Sequence record: MZ443771.1
Strand: one strand, 5' to 3'
Length of the DNA stretch: 64,000 nt
Shown here: positions 55,461 to 62,412 of the stretch, one piece after another
How the letters are laid out: the number at the start of each line of letters is the position of its first letter
How positions within the stretch are numbered: position 1 is the stretch's first letter
Program-made: the position numbers and the translations under genes
Notes under the pieces: generated by a model
The model's input: the letters and a program-made list of their open reading frames with translations, nothing else
The model's database searches: none
Told to the model about the DNA's origin: nothing

Positions 55461-57491
55461 ATGGCCAAAGCGCCTAAAGCCGTTAAGGTTAAAAAGAAAA
55501 CGGGAGATGGGTCCGAACAAGAAGGATTCATGATCGCAGAAGGTCTTGATGGTATAAGACTGAATCCCGGGATGTACATGGGGGAGCGCGGTCCCGATAT
55601 GGCTTACCGTGCTGTCAAAGAACCTGTAGATAACGATTACGACGAATACATCGCAGGTCGAAACAAACTTATCGAAGTAGTCATTGATTACGATAACGAC
55701 CTGAACGTTGTCGCAGATATGGCGAAAGGTATTCCTACCGACTTCAAGAAATTGAAAGATGGTTCGAAAGAAACGATCATGACCGCAGCGTTTAGCCGTG
55801 CTCACGCTGGTGGCAAGTTCGATGATAAAGCATATAAGACCTCTGCCGGTACTCACGGTGTAGGCGTTGCAGCACTGAACGCAATCTCAAGTCGCCTGCG
55901 TGTGTGGTCAATGTACAAAGGCGGTTGTGCGTATCAGATGTGGGAGTGCGGCGTTGCCAAATCTGGCAAAGACCCGAAACAAGTTAAAGCAGTAGACAAA
56001 GATGTTATGTCTCTGCTGCGTGAAAAGAAACACAACAAGTACGGTACGATTGTCGCGTGGACGCTCGACCAGACTGTCGTGTCTGCTGACGTGCAGCGTG
56101 GTAAGAAGCTGCCTAAGAACTATCGTCACGCTGCACCAGACCCAGCGCAACTTGGTTCGTGGCTGCGTAACATGTCTATGCTCAACCCTGGACTCGAAGT
56201 TCGCCTGACGTTGATCAAGAAAGGCAAGCGCAAAGAGTTCACTTTCATCAACAAGAAAGACCTTGTGCATGTCGTGAAGACGATGGTGGAAGAACGTGAG
56301 CTGGGTTCTGTTGGCAAGCCGTTCATCTTCAAAAACGACAACATCACTGCTGCGCTGACGTGGACAGATCACGCCGACACTGATAACTTCCTCAGTTTCG
56401 TTAACACAAGCCCTACAATTGACGGCGGGTGGCACGTTGTAGGTTTCCGTGATGCGCTGTTCGAAGCAATCAAACCTTTCATGAAAGAATCGAAAGGCAA
56501 AGGCAAGAAGAAGCAGAACTTCAAACAGGAAGATTTGCTTATCGGCCTGACTGGTATGTTCGACTGGCGTATGCACGGCGCTCAGTACACGTCACAGGTT
56601 AAAGACAAGCTGGCGAGCCGTGTTGAAAAAGAAGTATACGAGATGCTGAAAGATGCGTTCGTGAAATACTTCAAGGACAATAAGAAAGTCGCAACGACGA
56701 TCATCAAACGTGCCGAAGCGATGAACAAAGGCCGCGAAGAATTGTCCGCTGTTGTTAAGTCTATGGCAGACACGAAGAAGAAGCTGAAGGGCAACGCACT
56801 CCCTGCTGACCTGATATCTGCGCTCAAGTGTAAGCCCCACGAACGTGAGCTTATCGTTGTAGAAGGTGACTCTGCTGGTGGTACTGCGAAACACGCACGT
56901 AACCCTGACCATCAGGAAGTTATGCTCGCTGGTGGTAAACCGCTCAACGGTCTGAAAGCAAGTCTGGCTGATGTGCTCAAACACAAAGAAGTTCAAGGCA
57001 TGTTGGTATCTGTTGGTGCAGACCTGAAATCGTTAGACCCGAAAGCAGAAGCGCCGAAACTGAGTACGAAGAATCTGCGTATCGGTAACCTACTGTTCCT
57101 GATGGATGCTGACCCAGACGGCTTCCACATCGCAACGTTGTTCCTGGGTGTTATCTATCGTCTGCTGCCTGACCTGATGAAAGAAGGGCGTGTGTGGATT
57201 GTCGATGCTCCTCTGTATAACGTGATGCACAAAGGCATTCACTATGGCGGTATGTCATTTGACGAATGCCGCGCGAAAGCGCCTGCTGCTGTAAAAGATA
57301 AAGAAATCGTTCGTGCAAAAGGTTGGGGTGAAGTCGAACCTGATGTGCTCGAAGCGATTGCATTTAATCCGAAGACTCGCCGCTTGATTCGTGTGAACCC
57401 ATTCACTAGCGTTGAGCAAGAGCGCTTCTTCCGTGGTGTGCTGGCAGAAGATGCAGTCCATCGTCGTCGTCTGCTGGGTCTGGAGGAATAA
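55461..57491 (+). CDS. gyrB: Type IIA topoisomerase B subunit (GyrB/ParE-like)
   Basis: EPVDN..DE, HAGGKFD..YKTSAGTHGVG, EGDSAGG, MDADPDG..I. Confidence 0.95.
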   Translation: MAKAPKAVKVKKKTGDGSEQEGFMIAEGLDGIRLNPGMYMGERGPDMAYRAVKEPVDNDYDEYIAGRNKLIEVVIDYDNDLNVVADMAKGIPTDFKKLKDGSKETIMTAAFSRAHAGGKFDDKAYKTSAGTHGVGVAALNAISSRLRVWSMYKGGCAYQMWECGVAKSGKDPKQVKAVDKDVMSLLREKKHNKYGTIVAWTLDQTVVSADVQRGKKLPKNYRHAAPDPAQLGSWLRNMSMLNPGLEVRLTLIKKGKRKEFTFINKKDLVHVVKTMVEERELGSVGKPFIFKNDNITAALTWTDHADTDNFLSFVNTSPTIDGGWHVVGFRDALFEAIKPFMKESKGKGKKKQNFKQEDLLIGLTGMFDWRMHGAQYTSQVKDKLASRVEKEVYEMLKDAFVKYFKDNKKVATTIIKRAEAMNKGREELSAVVKSMADTKKKLKGNALPADLISALKCKPHERELIVVEGDSAGGTAKHARNPDHQEVMLAGGKPLNGLKASLADVLKHKEVQGMLVSVGADLKSLDPKAEAPKLSTKNLRIGNLLFLMDADPDGFHIATLFLGVIYRLLPDLMKEGRVWIVDAPLYNVMHKGIHYGGMSFDECRAKAPAAVKDKEIVRAKGWGEVEPDVLEAIAFNPKTRRLIRVNPFTSVEQERFFRGVLAEDAVHRRRLLGLEE

Positions 57492-57492
57492 C

Positions 57493-57750
57493 ATGGACTT
57501 CAATCTTGGCTGCATGTCAGACGATACGCAGATTCGTTTTCTGGATATGCCTGTGCTCGAACACAAGCAGTTGACCGCCGAGCAGCATAAGCAGTACGGT
57601 GAACTTATGCCTAAGATTCGTGAGCTGTCAAAGCACTGCATCGTATCTGCGCATCGCGTAGTTGACGGCAAACCTGTGGAGCGTGTGCAACTGCAAATGT
57701 CACGTACAACTCTGGATAAGATTAACGCGATTGCCAAAGGGGAACTGTAA
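57493..57750 (+). CDS. Small hypothetical protein between topoisomerase subunits
   Basis: SD GGAGG; TAATG coupling to gyrA. Confidence 0.75.
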   Translation: MDFNLGCMSDDTQIRFLDMPVLEHKQLTAEQHKQYGELMPKIRELSKHCIVSAHRVVDGKPVERVQLQMSRTTLDKINAIAKGEL

Positions 57751-59399
57751 TGGCAGTTAAGCCGAAGAAAGTTAAAGTCGTGAAGAAAGCGACTGCGGTG
57801 GCGAAGCCTGCAAAGGTGAAGTTGAAATCGAAAGCTGTTGCTGTCGATGACATGCCGAAAAAGAAAAAGAAGAAAGGCGAAGTTGCTGTAGCCAGCACTG
57901 GTGCTTCATTGTACCCGATGCTTGGGCAAGACGAGTCTCTCATTCGTGACGAGAACCTCGCAGACTATACGCGTCGTGCTCTCTTCCAGTACGGTTCATA
58001 TGTTGTTGAAGACCGAGCGATTGCTGACTATCGTGACGGCCTCAAGCCTGTACACCGTGCGTTACTTTGGTCATTGTGTGACTTGGGCTTGCGTCCCGGA
58101 GGCGCATTCAAGAAGTCTGCGCGTACAGTGGGTGATGCGTTAGGTAAGTATCACCCACACGGTGACGCTGCTTGTTATGGTGCGATGGTCACTATTGCAA
58201 ACACAGTGCCTCCTGCTGTAGCTGGTCAAGGTAACTGGGGCGACCCTGTAGCACCTGCCGCGGCGATGCGTTACACAGAAGCGAAAATGAGTAAGTTTGC
58301 TGGTAGCTTCCTGCTGGACCCTGACTATCTTGAAGTAACGCCTATGGTGGACAACTTCTCAAACGATATGAAGATTCCACTGTATCTGCCAGCGCTGTTG
58401 CCGTACATGTTGTTTAACGGTAGTGTGCCTGCGCCAGCATACGGCGTTAAGTGTGGCAACCCTACATTCAGCTTCACGTCAGTCGCCAAAGTCGTTTGCG
58501 ATATGCTCAACGGCAAAGAGTATAGCGCGAAGAAACTCGCTGACACGCTCAAAGTCAACCACGAGTATGGTTGCTTGGACGTAAGCTCGGATGAAGACTT
58601 CCTCGCTCTCATGTCTACTGGTCGTGGTAAAGTAACCTACGAACCGCAGATGAAGATTGACGAGAAAGCGAAGACGATCACGATTCAGACCTACGTGCCG
58701 GGTGGAATGTCGAACAACTCCACCATCACTAAGAAGCTGGAGAAGATTGCCGAGTGGCCGGGCGTTGTATCTGCGTCTAACGCCAGTTCTAAAAAGAACA
58801 AAGATGCAGGTCCGTGGGGCGCAGCATTCGCCATCAAATGTCGTGGCAGCGAAGACCAGCTGTATGAACTCGCAACCAAGATTCAGCGTGAAGTAACATC
58901 TGCCATCAACTACTCGTTGGGTGTTACCGTTCGCCGTGCAGACGCATCGAACAAGTTTATGTACCTGTCGTATGTGAACTACTTCAAAGCGTGGGTTGCA
59001 TATCGCATCAAGCTGGAAACAGCGATGCTCAAAAACAAATTGGCCAAAGCAGAACGGCAGTTGTACCTCAATGAGGTATATTTGTGGGCTGTGGATAACA
59101 TGGACAAGTTGCTCAAAGCTCTGCCTAAAGTTCTTATGGCTAAAGACCCTGACGAAATGCTGGCGAAGATTTTCAAGATTAAACTTGAAAGCGCCAAGAT
59201 CATACTCGACCGTCAGGTTCGTAAGCTGGCAAGACTCGAACGCGCAGCATTAGCCCAAAAAGTTAAAGAGCTGAAGGCTGAGATTGCCGAATATAAAGGC
59301 GGTCTGAAAGAACCAGGCAAATACGCTGCTGCTGGTACTGCTGCAAAAGTTAAGGCTTATCTGAAATCACCAGACGATAAACTCCCTGTCGCTCTGTGA
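57750..59399 (+). CDS. gyrA: Type IIA topoisomerase A subunit (GyrA/ParC-like, no C-terminal pinwheel)
   Basis: DGLKPVHR, KSARTVG, YHPHGD, AAMRYTE; 549 aa. Confidence 0.95.
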   Translation: MAVKPKKVKVVKKATAVAKPAKVKLKSKAVAVDDMPKKKKKKGEVAVASTGASLYPMLGQDESLIRDENLADYTRRALFQYGSYVVEDRAIADYRDGLKPVHRALLWSLCDLGLRPGGAFKKSARTVGDALGKYHPHGDAACYGAMVTIANTVPPAVAGQGNWGDPVAPAAAMRYTEAKMSKFAGSFLLDPDYLEVTPMVDNFSNDMKIPLYLPALLPYMLFNGSVPAPAYGVKCGNPTFSFTSVAKVVCDMLNGKEYSAKKLADTLKVNHEYGCLDVSSDEDFLALMSTGRGKVTYEPQMKIDEKAKTITIQTYVPGGMSNNSTITKKLEKIAEWPGVVSASNASSKKNKDAGPWGAAFAIKCRGSEDQLYELATKIQREVTSAINYSLGVTVRRADASNKFMYLSYVNYFKAWVAYRIKLETAMLKNKLAKAERQLYLNEVYLWAVDNMDKLLKALPKVLMAKDPDEMLAKIFKIKLESAKIILDRQVRKLARLERAALAQKVKELKAEIAEYKGGLKEPGKYAAAGTAAKVKAYLKSPDDKLPVAL

Positions 59400-59420
59400 T
59401 AAATCTGTAAATACAACTCA

Positions 59421-59472
59421 GCAAATTCTTGGACGAAATGCGGTTGTATCAGAATAGTCTTAATGATATAAT
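59421..59472 (+). promoter_or_regulatory. Repeated phage promoter downstream of gyrA
   Basis: GCAAATTCTTGGACGAAAT-27nt-TATAAT; TTGTAT 17 nt upstream; near-identical to the 55331 copy. Confidence 0.75.
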
Positions 59473-59479
59473 GGTACTG

Positions 59480-59740
59480 TTGAGATGGGTCAGATAACGG
59501 CATTGTTTGACCCATCTTTTAACCACGAGGAAAAAATGAGGAGGAGCTAGCGCAGCAAATCACAACTCAAGGGCAATAGAATAAACCGAGCCTAAAAGGC
59601 CGAACCGCCAGACTCTGGATATAACCAGAGCAGAGCAATACTATAATCGACCCAAGTAATACTAATATGCTTATGCAACATTGGTATTCGAAGTGTCGCT
59701 AGGACTAGAACGTATGGTCCTCAACTCTTAATGAAGTTTG
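59480..59740 (+). ncRNA. Candidate structured non-coding RNA or long leader
   Basis: Stem 59483-92/59508-17 plus U tract, CTCTGG/CCAGAG, AATACTAAT/ATTGGTATT, AGGAC/GTCCT; no long ORF. Confidence 0.45.
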
Positions 59741-59752
59741 GAAACCACAAGC

Positions 59753-61027
59753 ATGAAAAATCCGGTAAACAACCTTAAGGCTGGTTTAGAGACAGTTAAT
59801 GGAACATTGGCTGCACTCCGTTCAGGCAGTAATTTGAAACGCCAGCACGTTGTTGAATCGCTGGGTCAACCGAAGAACATCTTGGCTGATCTCACGAAAT
59901 CATTAAAGAGTAATACCTACAAGTCGTACCCCGATGTTTTGCAACTGCGTGATTCTGTACGCGCAACTTGCACCACCTGCCTAAGCCTGTCAGAACAAGT
60001 GGCCGCTAAACGCATCAAGCCACGCGAACTGATGGAAAAGCTCGGTGAAATTGTGAAGTCGTTCAAGGCTGATATCGCATTAGCCAACGCCTGTTTAGAA
60101 TATCTCCCTGCATCGCGTAAAGCCGTTTCGCTCGACGATATGCCCGCAGATGTTGAAGGCAAAGCTCGCTTACAAGCGGCGCAAGCTATCGACAAAGAGA
60201 TGTACGAACAGGAAGTGAATGACAAGGCCGTTCGTCGTGAACAGCGCGAAGATGCAGCGACTGCCAAAACAAGTCGCGTATTGAGCCGTCTCAAAGACGC
60301 ACATGCCCACAAAGTACCGAGAACGTTCAACAAAGCTATTCAGATAATCCAACTTCCTGTGATGGCCAGATTCGGTACACTCTCAATGAGTCCCGAAGCG
60401 CTGTCTCGCATGGGCTTCAAAATCGAAACTGCCGGTCTGCACTCGACCCCTAGTTCTGACCTCGGCATCATCTTTGAAGGCCAGCTTCTGTTATTCTTCC
60501 GTATGTCCGACGCGAAAGGCATGGCAGAAGAAGCTGCGAAAGATCACAAGAACCTTGACGGTACCCTCGTCGAACGCAAACGCCTCCAGAAAGAACGCAA
60601 CGCTGAACGCCGCGATCTCAAGAAGCTCAATCAGCTTTTAGAGCAAGCAAAGTCGCTGAAAGCTCGTCGTGCTATTCGTGAACAAATCGAAGACGCGCAG
60701 ACGAACATCAATGACGCTACAGCGAAGCTCGAAGCTATGGATGCGCGTGTGCGTCTTGCTGGGTCCCGTGAGCGTGTGTATCGTCAGATGAAGACGTCGA
60801 ACGATCACGCGATGTTAGATTATCTTAACCCCATTGTCGATATGCTCAATGAGAAAAGCAGTTCATCGCTTGGACTGTTTACCACAATGCCTCTGCGTGG
60901 TGTGATGAAAGACGCAGATGTTTACTGTGCGTGGCTCATGGAGAAATCAGCTATCAACCTATTGTTGCGCCATACAGGCGGCGACATGAAGTTGCAGAAC
61001 TGGTTCCTGCCGTGGACTAATGGCTAA
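59753..61027 (+). CDS. Hypothetical coiled-coil protein
   Basis: ~424-aa ORF with long helical K/E/R segment. Confidence 0.8.
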   Translation: MKNPVNNLKAGLETVNGTLAALRSGSNLKRQHVVESLGQPKNILADLTKSLKSNTYKSYPDVLQLRDSVRATCTTCLSLSEQVAAKRIKPRELMEKLGEIVKSFKADIALANACLEYLPASRKAVSLDDMPADVEGKARLQAAQAIDKEMYEQEVNDKAVRREQREDAATAKTSRVLSRLKDAHAHKVPRTFNKAIQIIQLPVMARFGTLSMSPEALSRMGFKIETAGLHSTPSSDLGIIFEGQLLLFFRMSDAKGMAEEAAKDHKNLDGTLVERKRLQKERNAERRDLKKLNQLLEQAKSLKARRAIREQIEDAQTNINDATAKLEAMDARVRLAGSRERVYRQMKTSNDHAMLDYLNPIVDMLNEKSSSSLGLFTTMPLRGVMKDADVYCAWLMEKSAINLLLRHTGGDMKLQNWFLPWTNG

Positions 61028-61559
61028 CGAAAACCGACTTCCTGCGGTAGTGAAAGGTGAGTTGACTCAGTGTGTGATTTGCGGTAGATTTGTGCGCAAC
61101 ATTCACTGGCACCACACAACACCCCGCTCACTGGGTGGCGAGCACATGCTCCAAATCCCAATAGACGGTGACTGCCACACAACGCTACATGCGAAAGCAG
61201 AAGCGGTGGTAGCGAAGTTAGCAGGTAACCGTAAACAACCTATCGGTACGTTCTGGGATGACCCGGAAGTTGAAGATAGGGCACAAACGTGGTTAGACAT
61301 TCTGGTACAAGCTATGCTCAACCCGCCGGTGCAGCCCGGACAGAAAGAAGTGCTGCTGCCGATGATTAAGGTTGACATGACTACCAGACATGCTCTCGAA
61401 CTCTTGAAGCGCGACACGCCTGGCATTACTAATATGAGCCAAGTGTTGCGGTATTGCATTGAGACAACATTAAAATCAAAGGGGTTAAAAAATGGCGAAT
61501 CAAAAAGTACGCACTCTGGACATCAAAACTCTCGTAAAAAGCGAACTGAGCTGTGGTGA
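61020..61559 (+). CDS. HNH-motif protein with possible C-terminal RHH
   Basis: CVIC...HWHHTTPRSLGG...DGDCHTTLH; IKVDMTTRHALELLK...NMSQVLRYCIE. Confidence 0.7.
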   Translation: MANENRLPAVVKGELTQCVICGRFVRNIHWHHTTPRSLGGEHMLQIPIDGDCHTTLHAKAEAVVAKLAGNRKQPIGTFWDDPEVEDRAQTWLDILVQAMLNPPVQPGQKEVLLPMIKVDMTTRHALELLKRDTPGITNMSQVLRYCIETTLKSKGLKNGESKSTHSGHQNSRKKRTELW

Positions 61560-62358
61560 TTGCCGTGGCCTGACACGAGATGCTTTACTCCCGACTGCCG
61601 AAAAGCCGTGTGCTACACAAGGTCAGTTAGCAGATTCTAAGATCTGCAAACACTATCGTTCTGACAGCCAATCACTGACTGAACTGATGACCGAGCATGG
61701 CGATACGCTCGTTGCTCTTTTCAACACGTTCCGTAAACTGAGTGACAAAGACCTGCGCGTTGTCGCTGGTATGTTGTTGTCAGAATCTAAAACACGCCGT
61801 CACGGTGTGAAGATGGGACAAGCTGTTTTCGTTCGTTATCAAGGTCGTGAGACTCGCAACTACCTGAATAACTTCATGGCTGCGCGTGTTCTCGATGTAG
61901 ACGCAGATTCGATTCGCCTTATTTCCGAGAAAGGTGATATCGTTCTGACGTATGCAAACACCGGCTTCAATGGTCCTTCCGTATATACCAAAAAGCAGTT
62001 TGCTAAGTTACGCGCTGACATGATCAAAGCAGGTAAGCTGGTTGATCCTGAGCGTGAGATCAAAACTACCAAACGTCTTCTGCCGCAAGAAGACAACGTT
62101 AACTTCTCTGCACCAAGCGAACTCGATGGCTTCTCTCTTCCTCGTATGGAAGAAGTTACCAAGGGTCGTGGTGGCAAGCGTAAAGGTCGTAAGACTCAGA
62201 CGCTGGTCGATATCGTGTCAATGATTGAGAACGGTCATGACATGGGTGCTGAACAAGACGAGTCAGGTGTGATGAGTCTTGGTGGCAATAGCTACAAAGC
62301 CAAGAAGAAGAAAATCAGCGTTGGTAAAAACGGTGTTGTCGAACTCGGCGACCTGTAA
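61492..62358 (+). CDS. Hypothetical protein with N-terminal Cys cluster
   Basis: CGDC...C...CKHY; SD AGGGG. Confidence 0.8.
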   Translation: MANQKVRTLDIKTLVKSELSCGDCRGLTRDALLPTAEKPCATQGQLADSKICKHYRSDSQSLTELMTEHGDTLVALFNTFRKLSDKDLRVVAGMLLSESKTRRHGVKMGQAVFVRYQGRETRNYLNNFMAARVLDVDADSIRLISEKGDIVLTYANTGFNGPSVYTKKQFAKLRADMIKAGKLVDPEREIKTTKRLLPQEDNVNFSAPSELDGFSLPRMEEVTKGRGGKRKGRKTQTLVDIVSMIENGHDMGAEQDESGVMSLGGNSYKAKKKKISVGKNGVVELGDL

Positions 62359-62412
62359 TTAAGATCTAATACTCACAGCAACCTCAAATATACGAATAGG
62401 ATCTCGGAAAAA

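Noticed and set aside
55461-59399. Bacterial chromosomal origin suggested by gyrB/gyrA, recA and dut
   Set aside because: Genes are highly divergent, GyrA is truncated, context lacks dnaA/dnaN/recF, and the region is a unidirectional run of small orphan genes typical of a large phage
7188-59472. TGGACA in the repeated box as the sigma70 -35 element
   Set aside because: It lies ~32 nt from the -10, far beyond 16-19 nt; a separate -35-like hexamer occupies the normal position in several copies
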